Part shown: positions 39,199-49,257 of the stretch, in pieces
Position numbering within the stretch: the first letter of the stretch is position 1
Layout of the letters: each line of letters starts with the position of its first letter
Assembly (NCBI GenBank): GCA_963664705.1
Contig: OY761556.1
Span: 1,280,001-1,344,000, forward strand
Source of the DNA: Acidobacteriota bacterium
GTDB taxonomy: Bacteria > Acidobacteriota > UBA6911
Length of the DNA: 64,000 bases
Direction: 5' to 3'
Notes under the pieces: model-generated
What the model saw: the letters and a program-made list of their open reading frames with translations, nothing else
The model's database searches: none
What the model was told of the DNA's origin: nothing
Made by a program: the position numbers and the translations under genes

Positions 39199-39968
39199 CA
39201 TTAATCGAACACATCAACAGAAACGCCGATCTTCATCCCGGGAAACCCGCGGTAATTTGCGGCGACCGCAGAATCACCTGGCAACAGTTTCAAGAGCGAT
39301 CGAACCGCGTTGCCAACCGCCTCACACGGCTCCGCGTGGCCAGGGGAGAGCGTGTTGCGATCGTTGCCGGAAACTGCCTGGAATATCCGGAAATCCTGTT
39401 CGGCGCCCTGAAAGCAGGCACCGTCACGGTCCCTGTCCCGATTGACACGACGCCGGAGGGCGTGGCGAAAGAGCTGCTGAAAGCGGATGCGAAGGCTGTC
39501 TTTGTGGCGCACCCGGCTTTGCCGCTGGCTGCCGGCTTCAGAAAATTATGCACCCGCGTCGTGTTCGAGGGGAGGGAAGAGGGCTGGCTTTCCTACGAAG
39601 GATTTCTGCTGGCCGGATCCGATTCGACCCCGACACAGGTTCCTTCGCCGGAGGATCTCTTCAGCCCCGGGACCACCCATGGCGAACGTCTGCGCTTCGC
39701 CGAGGCGTGCCGCCGTGAATGGCAGATCGAGGAAAATTCGGTCAGCCTGATCGGCACTCCGCTATACGCGGAGGCCACGCAGCGCCTATCCTTGCCGACG
39801 ATCCTGGCCGGGGGGACGCTGGTGCTGATGCGCTCGTTCGATCCTGTTGATTTTGTGGAGCTTGTCCGGCGGGAATCGTGCACCCACGCGATCCTGTTTC
39901 CGGAGCAAAAGGACACGAATTCCGACAATTTTGCAAAAAATGAAATTACCTACGTGGAATTCGTGTAA
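39195..39968 (+). pseudogene. truncated AMP-binding enzyme (acyl-CoA ligase-like)
   Basis: N-terminal ANL domain only (257 aa); P-loop reduced to FSPGTTH; the C-terminal part is missing and the ORF ends in a palindrome. Confidence 0.65.
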
Positions 39969-40004
39969 TTCCCGGTAAATTTTGCTATTATTTCGCGGCA
40001 CTGT

Positions 40005-40078
40005 GGTGAGCGTAGCTCAGCTGGTAGAGCTCTGGATTGTGGCTCCAGCGGTCGCGGGTTCGAATCCCGTCGCTCACC
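40005..40078 (+). tRNA. tRNA-His(GUG)
   Basis: G-1 plus acceptor GTGAGCG/CGCTCAC, anticodon GTG, C discriminator; CCA not encoded. Confidence 0.95.
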
Positions 40079-40092
40079 CTTCCTCAAAAAAA

Positions 40093-40582
40093 TTCCAGAT
40101 TCCAGATTTCAGATTCCAGACGGGGTTCCGGCGGCATCAGCGCCATGCAAGCAGCCAAGCCCTTGCCGGCCAGACGCTGCCTCCTGCCTCCTGACTCCTG
40201 CCCAATTGTGGACACCCATGAATTGAGGATAAAAAACAGTGGGTGTTCACAATTGTGATTCCAGATTTCAGATTTCAGATTCCAGACTGGGTTCCGGCGG
40301 CATCAGCGCCATGCAAACAGCCAAGCCCTTGCCGGCCAGACGCTGCCTCCTGTCTCCTGTCCCCCTAACCACTAACCACTAACCTCTAACCAATTGTGGA
40401 CACCCATGAATTGAGGATAAAAATCGGTGGGTGTCCACAATTGTGCCACAATTGTCGATTCCGGATTCCAGACGGGGTCCCGGCGGCATTAGCGCCATGC
40501 AAGCAGCCCAGCTCCTGCCTGCCAGACGCTGCCTCCTGACTCCTGTCTCCTGACTCCTGCCTCCTGTCTCCTGTCCCCCTAA
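40093..40582. repeat. triplicated about 90-nt unit interleaved with two 53-bp GGACACCCA palindromes and heptamer repeats
   Basis: units start near 40112, 40278 and 40464; palindromes at 40203-40255 and 40391-40443. Confidence 0.9.
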
Positions 40583-40641
40583 CGACTTATTTGCATCGAA
40601 GCCCATAAACCAATATTATCTTCGCATAAGGGACCGGATTC

Positions 40642-41574
40642 ATGAGACCTATCATTGACGCGCATGTCCATATTGTGCCCCCGCATCTGTTGGGCAAAGC
40701 CGACGAACGCTTTGGCGTACGCGTGGAGCCTCACGGCATCAAACGATTTGCCGACGGCAGCGTTTACCAGTTCATGCCCGATTACATGGCCGACAGCTGC
40801 TTTCCCGTTGAGAGCCTGGTCCGGGCCATGGACAATCTCGGCGTCGAACGAGCCGTGATCCAGCAGTCTCCCTGTTTCAGCTTCAATGACGATGTAATCC
40901 AGGCCATTCAGAAACACCCGGACCGCCTGGCCGGCTCCATGATCATTGAACCCTGGAGCGAAGCGTGTCTCGATGAGATGGATAACGCCTGTCGATGCGG
41001 GCTGCGCATCATGAAATTTGAGATGTCGGGCGGGCTGGGATTTACGCACCCGAACATGTTTCCCGGTCTGAAGTTTGATTCCGCCCTGTTTGAAAAAATA
41101 TGGGCGAAGGCAGAGGCGCTCGGAATCGCCGTTACAATCGATCCGAGCCCCATCGGCAGCGCGGGATATCAGGTGGAGCGGCTGGAGCGCATGATTCTCC
41201 GGTTCCCGGGGCTGCGCTGGATCCTTTGCCATTTGGGTTTTCCTTTTCCCGGGATGCGAAATGACGTGGACAAATACCGTCGCTGGAGACAAATGATGGA
41301 CCTGGTCCGGCACCCAAATGTTTGGGTCGACATATCGGCGCTGCCGGCTCTCTTCAGCGAAGAGGGATATCCGTTCCCATCCGCGATGGATTTCCTACGG
41401 GAAGTCATTGAGGCGTACGGGGCAGACAAGCCGGTATGGGGATCCGACATCCCTGGTACGCTGTGTTTCGGAACCTACGCGCAATTGGCGGATGCTTTTG
41501 AAAAGTGCGCCTTGTTTACCGAAGAGCAAAAACAACGGATGTTTTACGCGAACGCGCTCCATGCCTATTTCTAG
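40642..41574 (+). CDS. amidohydrolase family protein
   Basis: IDAHVH, LCHLG, WVDISA, WGSDIP. Confidence 0.88.
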   Translation: MRPIIDAHVHIVPPHLLGKADERFGVRVEPHGIKRFADGSVYQFMPDYMADSCFPVESLVRAMDNLGVERAVIQQSPCFSFNDDVIQAIQKHPDRLAGSMIIEPWSEACLDEMDNACRCGLRIMKFEMSGGLGFTHPNMFPGLKFDSALFEKIWAKAEALGIAVTIDPSPIGSAGYQVERLERMILRFPGLRWILCHLGFPFPGMRNDVDKYRRWRQMMDLVRHPNVWVDISALPALFSEEGYPFPSAMDFLREVIEAYGADKPVWGSDIPGTLCFGTYAQLADAFEKCALFTEEQKQRMFYANALHAYF

Positions 41575-41630
41575 GTCGGCAGTTTGCCTGCGCGCCACAG
41601 ATTAATCCTGTCCATGGAGGATGAAACACA

Positions 41631-42269
41631 ATGGAAGTTACTGAAGCGATTCAGAAGAGAGTTTCGATACGAAGGTGGAAGCAGCAGCCGGTGGAAAAGG
41701 AAAAGATTCTGCGCGTGCTGGAATCGGGAAGACGCGCCCCGTCCTGGGGAAATACGCAGCCGTGGCGCTTTGTTGTCGTTCAGGACCCGGCGAAAATCCA
41801 GGAGCTTGGCAAGGCGGCGGCCGGGCAGCCGCACGTCGCCACGGCTCCGGTTGTGATCCTCTGCTGCGGGGAAAAGGAGGCGTTTTCCCGGAAATTGCAC
41901 CGGGAGTCGCTGAAGCAATTGATTGCGGCGGGCGTGATGGACTGGCCCGACGAAATGCTCGACAACGTGGTTCTGGATAGCGAGGTGTTTGCTCCCTACA
42001 AGCTCGGCGACCAGGCGATGATTATCAAAGCCAGCGAGCAGCTCATGATATCGATTGCCTACATGACGCTGGAAGCCACGAATCAGGGATTGGGAAGCTG
42101 CTGGGCCGGCGCCATCCTGCCCAAAGATGCGCAGGAAGCCCTGAATCTGCCGGCCAACTGGTTTGTGCACGATTTTCTGCTCCTGGGATATGCGGAGGAA
42201 GCGCCGCAGCCGCGGCCGCGCAAGCCGATGGATGAGATTGTGTTCTGGGAAAATGGCCCGAAGGCTTAA
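41631..42269 (+). CDS. nitroreductase family protein
   Basis: RVSIRRW, APSWGNTQPWRF, GLGSCW, LGY, PRPRK. Confidence 0.9.
   Translation: MEVTEAIQKRVSIRRWKQQPVEKEKILRVLESGRRAPSWGNTQPWRFVVVQDPAKIQELGKAAAGQPHVATAPVVILCCGEKEAFSRKLHRESLKQLIAAGVMDWPDEMLDNVVLDSEVFAPYKLGDQAMIIKASEQLMISIAYMTLEATNQGLGSCWAGAILPKDAQEALNLPANWFVHDFLLLGYAEEAPQPRPRKPMDEIVFWENGPKA
42226..42268 (+). repeat. 43-bp direct repeat, left copy (3' end of the nitroreductase gene)
   Basis: identical to 49204-49246. Confidence 0.95.
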
Positions 42270-42328
42270 GGCCACCGCCGAATCGAGACGCCGACATACG
42301 CCGACTTCGCCGACGCATGCGGATAGGA

Positions 42329-45082
42329 TTAAGGCTCAATTAGTGCGCGCAGCTCTCTGCCGATGCGAGAGCCTGTCGTGTACGTGGGCGAACCAGGAAG
42401 AAGAGCCAAGCCTTCCTTTGCCGCCCGGCGAGCCATTTCGGGCTGGCCGGCAGCATGATAGGCGCGGGCCAGCGTGAGAAGAAAGCCCGGTTTCACATGA
42501 TGGCTGCTTTCCACAATGAGCCGGGCGCATTCCAGCGCAAGGTCCGCGTCTCGAAGTTGGCCCGGCTCCACAATCGTCAATCCTGTGGCAACCGCATCAA
42601 GATCCGATGCCTGCGCATCCGCCTGTTTCCCCACGCTCTTCAGTAACGACACGCCGCGCGCGGCTAAATGCTGCGCCTGATCTGTTTGCTGCAGGCGTCT
42701 TTGCTGCAGGCTTATCCGGATCAGCAATAAGCCCATGGTTGATTTCCTCGAAATATTGTCAGGTTGAGCCTGTAGCAGCTTTTCGCTGATCGTCTGAACT
42801 TTCGTCAAAACGCGAAGGACTTCGGCCGCATCTGCGTTACGATCTCTATTCCCCTCCGCAAAAATTCGTTCAGCGCGATCTTCGTAGCACTCCGCTTCAT
42901 TTTCCATGACGGCCTGGAAATCATTGAGCGCGCGGATGTCATTTGGATCCGCCTTGACATAGGGTTCGGTAAGCAGTCTGGATTTTTCCATAAAGGACAA
43001 TGCATCCTGGTACCGGCCGGTCTCCTTGAGTGCCAGTCCTGCCTTACGCAGAATGGAAGCCTCAATGCGGACAATTGAAACGGTTTTCCTTACATCGGGC
43101 GGAAGAGCTTCAATCCCCTTGAGCGCTTCGCGGTAATCTTTGAGTGCGGCTTGCGGGTCGGTTTCGGATTCGATGTTGGCGATCTTCATGCGGTTTACGG
43201 CTGTCCCGCGCAATGCGTGAACAAATGTGGGATTGCTTTGAAGAATACGCGCATCCATTTCCATCGATTTGCGGAATGCAGCCAGGGCGCCCGCGGGATC
43301 TCCCATGCTTGCCACGCCGGCTTGTCCCAGTTCATCGCCGAGTCCTCCATAGGCTGTAGCCGCTTTGAACAGGTCTTCGGTCCGTGTTCCCGGGGCGAGC
43401 GCCAGTTTTTCGTAAATGGATGCGGCGTCGCGCATCATGGTTACGGCTTCCGGCGTTCTGCCTATCCCGAACAGTACTTCGCTTTGTGATTGCTTTGCCC
43501 AGGCAAGCGCCTGCTGCGATGGGGCATGGTCCGGTTGCCCGGAAACGAGAGCGGATGCATGCACGATTGCTTTATTCAGACTGGCGACCGCGCCCTGCGT
43601 GTCCCCGATGTTCTGATCATAAGGATTGCCCTGAATGTTGCCCAGGCGCGTGTAGGCGTTGGCAAGGTCCAGTTTCATTTGCAAGTCGCCGGAGGCGTCT
43701 TTTGCCGCCCGGTCCAGATGCTCGGCAATCGTGCTCACGAGGAGTCGCTGGGCGGCGGTAGATCCTGGAATCTTCTGAATAGCCTCATCAATTTCCGACA
43801 GCAGCTGATTGCTCAGTTTGCGCAAATCCTCCGCGCGCGCCTCCGCAATAGTTCGCTGCCTTTGCGCAATCCGTGACTGCCACAGGATGCCCGCCATTCC
43901 GGTGAGAATACTGGCTCCCAGCAAGGCTGCCGCGATGATGGCTCGTCTGTTCCGGCGCACAAACTTGACGGCGAAATAGCGGAAGCTGCCTTGATGTGCT
44001 ATGACCGGTTGGCCGTCGAGATAGGCCTGAAGATCCGCGATCAGCTGATCGACGCTACTGTAGCGCTGCGGCGGTTCCTTGCGAAGAGCTTTGAGAACAA
44101 TGGCGTCCAGGTCGGCATCTACCGCACCTTTAGCGGCCTTTGTACTGGGCTTGGGTGGCTGTTCCTCACAGATCACGCGGATCATTTCATCGGTCGTGCC
44201 GCTTTTCAATTCGTAGGGCGGAGCGCCTGCCAGTAGCAGATATAAGAGGACCCCCAGAGAATAGATGTCGCTGGCAGTCGAAATTGGAGCGCCCTTCACC
44301 TGCTCGGGGCTTGCATACTGCGGCGTAAATGAATGCATGCCGTGGCGTGTAAGTTCGCTTTCCGCGGTGGAATCCAGCGGCGTAAGCAGCCTGGCCGTGC
44401 CGAAATCGAGAAGCTTTGCCGTTCCATCCTCTTGCACCAGGATGTTATCGGGTTTCAGATCTCTGTGGACGACAAGGTTCTGGTGCGCAAATCGTACCGC
44501 CAAGCAGACCGATAAAAAAAGTTCAATGCGCCCGCGCACCGGCAGAGCATGCTCGGCGCAGTATTTCTGGATGGAAGACCCGTTGATATATTCCATGACC
44601 AGGTAGAGTTCCCCATCCTGGCTGACGCCTCCGTCCAGCATGCGTGCAATGTTCGGATGGCTGAGTGTTGCAAGGATCTGCCGCTCCTGGCGGAATCGTT
44701 CCTGGAAAAGGCTCGTGACAAAAGGCATGTCGATCAATTTCAGGGCAACCTGCTGTTCGAATTGCCCATCCGCCCTGTGCGCAAGGTAGACGGCGCTCAT
44801 GCCTCCATGTCCAATCAGCCGGTCGATTTCATACGGCCCGATGCTCTTTCTGCCGGACCATGTTTCTATACCCCCCTTGCCCGCCTCCAGTTTTGAGGAT
44901 GCCGTGGCCGATTCCTCCTGCGCATGTGCTTTCAGCAGCGATTGGATCTCCCTTAGCAATGCCGTGTTGTCGCCGCAGAGCGTCGCCACCGTTGCGGCGC
45001 GCTGTGCTTCCGGGGACTCAAGCGCTTTCTGAAAGATCTCCTCAGCCTGGTGAAAAAGGGCAGATAAATCAGGCATGGCCAT
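42329..45082 (-). CDS. transmembrane Ser/Thr kinase with TPR-like C-terminal region
   Basis: GHGGMSAVY, VALK, HRDLKPDN, DFG, YASPE, one TM helix, helical repeats. Confidence 0.93.
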   Translation of the reverse strand: MAMPDLSALFHQAEEIFQKALESPEAQRAATVATLCGDNTALLREIQSLLKAHAQEESATASSKLEAGKGGIETWSGRKSIGPYEIDRLIGHGGMSAVYLAHRADGQFEQQVALKLIDMPFVTSLFQERFRQERQILATLSHPNIARMLDGGVSQDGELYLVMEYINGSSIQKYCAEHALPVRGRIELFLSVCLAVRFAHQNLVVHRDLKPDNILVQEDGTAKLLDFGTARLLTPLDSTAESELTRHGMHSFTPQYASPEQVKGAPISTASDIYSLGVLLYLLLAGAPPYELKSGTTDEMIRVICEEQPPKPSTKAAKGAVDADLDAIVLKALRKEPPQRYSSVDQLIADLQAYLDGQPVIAHQGSFRYFAVKFVRRNRRAIIAAALLGASILTGMAGILWQSRIAQRQRTIAEARAEDLRKLSNQLLSEIDEAIQKIPGSTAAQRLLVSTIAEHLDRAAKDASGDLQMKLDLANAYTRLGNIQGNPYDQNIGDTQGAVASLNKAIVHASALVSGQPDHAPSQQALAWAKQSQSEVLFGIGRTPEAVTMMRDAASIYEKLALAPGTRTEDLFKAATAYGGLGDELGQAGVASMGDPAGALAAFRKSMEMDARILQSNPTFVHALRGTAVNRMKIANIESETDPQAALKDYREALKGIEALPPDVRKTVSIVRIEASILRKAGLALKETGRYQDALSFMEKSRLLTEPYVKADPNDIRALNDFQAVMENEAECYEDRAERIFAEGNRDRNADAAEVLRVLTKVQTISEKLLQAQPDNISRKSTMGLLLIRISLQQRRLQQTDQAQHLAARGVSLLKSVGKQADAQASDLDAVATGLTIVEPGQLRDADLALECARLIVESSHHVKPGFLLTLARAYHAAGQPEMARRAAKEGLALLPGSPTYTTGSRIGRELRALIEP

Positions 45083-45160
45083 GAACGCCTTTCAAATAGA
45101 CGGCAGAACCTCTTTTTGTATGCCGCGAAAAAAACGGGAGGATTGGCTCAATCCTTGGCG

Positions 45161-45748
45161 CTATGCTTCGGCATTCGGAATTGCATCCGGATAAATGCGC
45201 CGGTAAAGCCAGCTCCGTATGAATTTCAGGTCACGATCCACGGTGGCCTTGGACGTCTGCATGATGGCAGCGGTTTCCTCCGAGGTACACCCGAGAAAAT
45301 AGCGAAGCTCGACGAGTTGCACTTTGTGGGCATCGATCGAATTCAGCTCATCCAGGGCGCTGTTAAGGTCGATCAGAGTTTCGCTTCCGATCCCTATCCA
45401 CGGAATCTGCTCATTGAGGGGCACATGCTGCGCGCCGCTGCCTCGTTTTTGCGCATAGACAGACCGGGCGTGATCCGTGAGAATCATGCGCATTACCTTG
45501 GCTGCGAAAGTATAAAAATGGGCGCGGTCCACCCAGGTGGCTTTTTTCTGGTTGATAAGGCGCAGGCAGAGTTCGTTCACCAGAGTGGTCGCCTGAAGTT
45601 CTCCCGGGTTCTTCTCGCGATTGATGTAGGCGGCGGCGACTTTATGAAGATGCGGATAGACAAGCGGCATCAGATCTTCGAAAGCGGATGACTCTCCGTC
45701 TCTCCATCTTCCCAGAAGCAGCGTCACTTCTCCCTGAACCGGATCCAC
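45161..45748 (-). CDS. ECF sigma factor of the kinase-associated type (TIGR02999-like)
   Basis: VTLLL..W..G, LQATTLVNE, RAHFY..AA..MR.IL.DHAR, VELRYFLG. Confidence 0.9.
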   Translation of the reverse strand: MDPVQGEVTLLLGRWRDGESSAFEDLMPLVYPHLHKVAAAYINREKNPGELQATTLVNELCLRLINQKKATWVDRAHFYTFAAKVMRMILTDHARSVYAQKRGSGAQHVPLNEQIPWIGIGSETLIDLNSALDELNSIDAHKVQLVELRYFLGCTSEETAAIMQTSKATVDRDLKFIRSWLYRRIYPDAIPNAEA

Positions 45749-45990
45749 GCGCAGCCCTCCTTCCGGCTATTAGGTTCGTTGCGGTGCCCCGATCCTACCA
45801 TTATGCGGATAGATCCTCCTACTGATTTTCAGGCTGCCGACCCAACCCCAAAAAAGTTGAGGCAATTTCCCGCTGTTTCCCGCTGACTGAATTGAAAGAA
45901 CACGAAATGGTCTGAACTGCAGCCGGGTCCGCGCAGAGGCGAGGCAAAATCTGCCGCACAAAACCCCGCGCGTTCAAGGAGATTGGAATC

Positions 45991-48009
45991 ATGAAGAAGG
46001 CAGCTTTTGTCGTGGCGCTGTTCTCGTTGCTTTCAGGCACCGTCGCCGCCCAGTCGATCGGCAAATCTCTGGCATTTGCGCAAATCGCAAGCGGTGGAAA
46101 CTGGGAGACGGTGATTAATATCGCCAATCGGGGGACAACGACTTATACGGGACTGCTCAATCTGTATACCATGTCTGCTACCGGTACGCCGCTTCAGTGG
46201 AATCCGTCTGTCAACGGGATGAAGATTTCGAACGGCCGGCTGTCCATCCTGATTCCCGCGGGCAGCATGCAAACGCTGACGATTACCGCAGCGGATCTGG
46301 AAACTGGCTTTGCAACAATTTCTCCGGCCGCCCCATCCGATGCTGATCAGACGAGCTTTATCGAGGGCTCATTGACCTACTATTATTTCTCCGGGAAAGA
46401 TGTCGTGGACAGTATTGGAGTTGAGCCGTCAGCGCCAACCTATCTGACGACGATTCCCTTCGACAATTTCTCTGAGATTGCGTTCGCACTTGCGAATACC
46501 AATGCCAAAACGGCATCTGTAAATCTATCCGTGTATGCGGCAAGTTCGCCGGGGCAGGTGTTGGGCACGACAGTGATTTCTTTGGCGCAGAATGCGCATG
46601 TTGCGGAATACCTCAGCCAGGTGTTTGCAGGCATTCAGGATGGGACGCCGGGCAGGCTCGAGATAGAATGCGATATTCCGATATACGGGCTTGCATTGAC
46701 GCAGGCGGGTTCCCAGTTTTCATCGCTTTCATTCCAGCCGGCGGTCAGAGCCTATACGTGGACAGAAAATTTCACGCCCACCGGTACCCTCAAAACAGGG
46801 ACGATGAGCCTCTCGCTAAGCGGATCCCTGCTGCAGTATCAAAAAACAACGATGACCCCATCCCAGGAAGCTCCAAGATTGATTACCGGCATATTCTCCG
46901 GCGGTGATTTTACAACAGTTGACTATGATCAGACTGCCGGGCAGGTCCGGTACTGGCGCTTCAGCGCTTTTTCTCTCTCGATGTCCTCAATCGTCGGCAC
47001 AGTGAAAATCTACAGTCTCACTCCTTCCTACAGCTACCTTGGGCAAGGCACCGTGACGCTGGTCGCCGCATCGACAAGCCCGGCAAATACGCGTATTGTG
47101 CAGCGGGCCTTGGCACAAACCGGATTGGCGATGGGACAGGCTTCCACCGTCATGCAAAGCCAGTACCTGATGGTCCTTGCAAAAATGTCCGGCAGCACGT
47201 CGTGCCAGGCCTTGCCAGGTGGAGGAAGCGTACAGGCGGGCGCCAGCACCCTGTCGGTTTTCTATGATGCCAATTGCACCAGGCCTTACGTCGTAAGCAC
47301 TCCCACGATTCAGGCCAACAATGGCGTCCTCAATGTTTCGGAAACAGCGATCTATTACGGATTGACCGGGAAAAACCTCGGATCCATGGCCATGATAGAA
47401 ACTGCGGATTTCGGTGCTTTCAACGGAACGATTTCTCTGAACGGCATGGCCACGTTTACGCCGGCCGGGGGAGGGCAAACGGCGCAGCTGGGGATGTATT
47501 GCACTCTGAAGAGCACGGGCGTCGGTCAGTGCGGAGGAGGCATCGTTCAGGATTTTACCGATCTGGGAATTTCTATCGGAGCCGTCACTCCACTTACCCT
47601 TACATATGATCCGGAATCCAGTGCGTCTCCAATGACCTTTACCGGCGGCGGAGTGGCTGTTACCGGCCCAATGAAATCCTTAACACTGACGAGTCCATCT
47701 GCAATGTCCCTGGCGATACAGGGCGGAACAGCATTTGGAGTGTCGTCGGCAAGCGGAGGCGCCGCCGGTTTTGAACTTTTCCCTCCGACTCCAACGGGGT
47801 GGACGTTGACAGATCTTGCCCATGATGCGCGATTTGAGATGAATGTGATCGACAATCAAACGCGCAATCTGACTCTGAAAATCACGCAGATCAGCACCGG
47901 CGCCATACTGGCAACCGGTTCCATTGATCAGTCAGGAAGCGGCTCGATTACTTGGTCCGACAGTACCGTTTCCTCCGTCGTTAACTGGCTGGCGGATTCG
48001 ACAAAGTAG
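45991..48009 (+). CDS. secreted hypothetical protein; N-terminal half paralogous to 48067-49146
   Basis: signal peptide; FAQIASGGNWETVINI; Ser/Thr/Gly-rich beta domains; extra C-terminal region of about 310 aa. Confidence 0.8.
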   Translation: MKKAAFVVALFSLLSGTVAAQSIGKSLAFAQIASGGNWETVINIANRGTTTYTGLLNLYTMSATGTPLQWNPSVNGMKISNGRLSILIPAGSMQTLTITAADLETGFATISPAAPSDADQTSFIEGSLTYYYFSGKDVVDSIGVEPSAPTYLTTIPFDNFSEIAFALANTNAKTASVNLSVYAASSPGQVLGTTVISLAQNAHVAEYLSQVFAGIQDGTPGRLEIECDIPIYGLALTQAGSQFSSLSFQPAVRAYTWTENFTPTGTLKTGTMSLSLSGSLLQYQKTTMTPSQEAPRLITGIFSGGDFTTVDYDQTAGQVRYWRFSAFSLSMSSIVGTVKIYSLTPSYSYLGQGTVTLVAASTSPANTRIVQRALAQTGLAMGQASTVMQSQYLMVLAKMSGSTSCQALPGGGSVQAGASTLSVFYDANCTRPYVVSTPTIQANNGVLNVSETAIYYGLTGKNLGSMAMIETADFGAFNGTISLNGMATFTPAGGGQTAQLGMYCTLKSTGVGQCGGGIVQDFTDLGISIGAVTPLTLTYDPESSASPMTFTGGGVAVTGPMKSLTLTSPSAMSLAIQGGTAFGVSSASGGAAGFELFPPTPTGWTLTDLAHDARFEMNVIDNQTRNLTLKITQISTGAILATGSIDQSGSGSITWSDSTVSSVVNWLADSTK

Positions 48010-48066
48010 TTCCATGTCTGCAGGCTTTGCGGGCAATGGAGTTGAACAGATTCGGGAAAGGCGGTT

Positions 48067-49146
48067 ATGAAGAAACTCGCAGGTGTTTTCATGTTGTTGG
48101 CATGTCTGTCGGCGTCCGCCAGGGCACAGTCCATTGCCAAAGCGCTGACCTTTGCGCAAATTGCCAGCGGAGAATCCTGGGAAACGGTGATCAATATTAC
48201 AAACCGGGGAGTGACGGCATACACGGGGCAGCTCAATCTCTTTACCATGACTGCCAACGGAGCCGGCTCTTTGCCATGGAATCCGATGGTGAATGGTCAG
48301 TTTGTTACAAATGGACACATCGCGGTTTCGATCCCGGCAGGCAGTACTCAATTGCTGATGATAACGGCTCCGACGCTTCAGGTCGGATTCGGCACTATTA
48401 CGCCGAGTGCGCCATCGGATATGGATCTGACCAGCTTTGTCGAAGGTTCGCTGACCTATTATTACCTTTCGGGCAAAGACGTGGTGGACAGCATCGGAGT
48501 CGAGCCGTCGGGTCGCATCTACAACACAACCATTCCGTTTGACACCTTTTCGGAGATTGCATTTGCTCTTGCGAATACGGACCCCAAGACCGCATCCGTG
48601 AAGCTGACCGTATATTCTGCTTTGACGCCGGCAAGCGTCCTGGGCACGGCGGTGTTATCCCTGGGGCCGAATGCACACATAGCCGAGTATTTGAGCCAGG
48701 TTTTCCCCGGCATTCCCGCGAGCACGGCAGGCAGATTGGATATCGAGTGCGCGATTCCCATTTATGGCCTGGCTTTGACGCAGGCGGGCAGCCAGTTTTC
48801 GTCCTTGCCCTTCCAGCCTGCGGTCAAGACCTATAACTGGACGGTCAATTCTCCGGGTGGCGCCAAAACCGGAACCTTAAGTGCACGACTTAACGGCACG
48901 GTTATGGATTATGTGACCGTTACCCAGACTCCGTCGCTGGAGGCACCTCGATATGTTGCGGGCACCTTCGTAAATGGGGGATGCTCTTTAGTGGATTATG
49001 ACGTGACCAATAACCAGATCAAATACTGGAATTTCGGTGCCTATTCCCCGACGGACGCTGTCGTCAATGGCACCGTTCAGGTATGGACCCTCGACACGTT
49101 TACATATCTCGGCCAGGGGACCGTCACATTGACGGCCACTAACTGA
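48067..49146 (+). CDS. secreted hypothetical protein (tandem paralog)
   Basis: shares SGKDVVDSIGVEPS, IPIYGLALTQAGSQFSSL and YLGQGTVTL with the upstream gene. Confidence 0.8.
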   Translation: MKKLAGVFMLLACLSASARAQSIAKALTFAQIASGESWETVINITNRGVTAYTGQLNLFTMTANGAGSLPWNPMVNGQFVTNGHIAVSIPAGSTQLLMITAPTLQVGFGTITPSAPSDMDLTSFVEGSLTYYYLSGKDVVDSIGVEPSGRIYNTTIPFDTFSEIAFALANTDPKTASVKLTVYSALTPASVLGTAVLSLGPNAHIAEYLSQVFPGIPASTAGRLDIECAIPIYGLALTQAGSQFSSLPFQPAVKTYNWTVNSPGGAKTGTLSARLNGTVMDYVTVTQTPSLEAPRYVAGTFVNGGCSLVDYDVTNNQIKYWNFGAYSPTDAVVNGTVQVWTLDTFTYLGQGTVTLTATN

Positions 49147-49203
49147 GCCTCACAAAATGAGAAGAAGCAACTTCCGCCTGCTTTTCAAAATACATCGGCG
49201 CAT

Positions 49204-49246
49204 CGATGGATGAGATTGTGTTCTGGGAAAATGGCCCGAAGGCTTA
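49204..49246 (+). repeat. 43-bp direct repeat, right copy
   Basis: identical to 42226-42268. Confidence 0.95.
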
Positions 49247-49257
49247 GTCTGGTTATG

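Noticed and set aside
40093-40582. Possible CRISPR array
   Set aside because: Units are too long, the intervening sequences are near-identical palindromes rather than unique spacers, and no cas genes are in the window.
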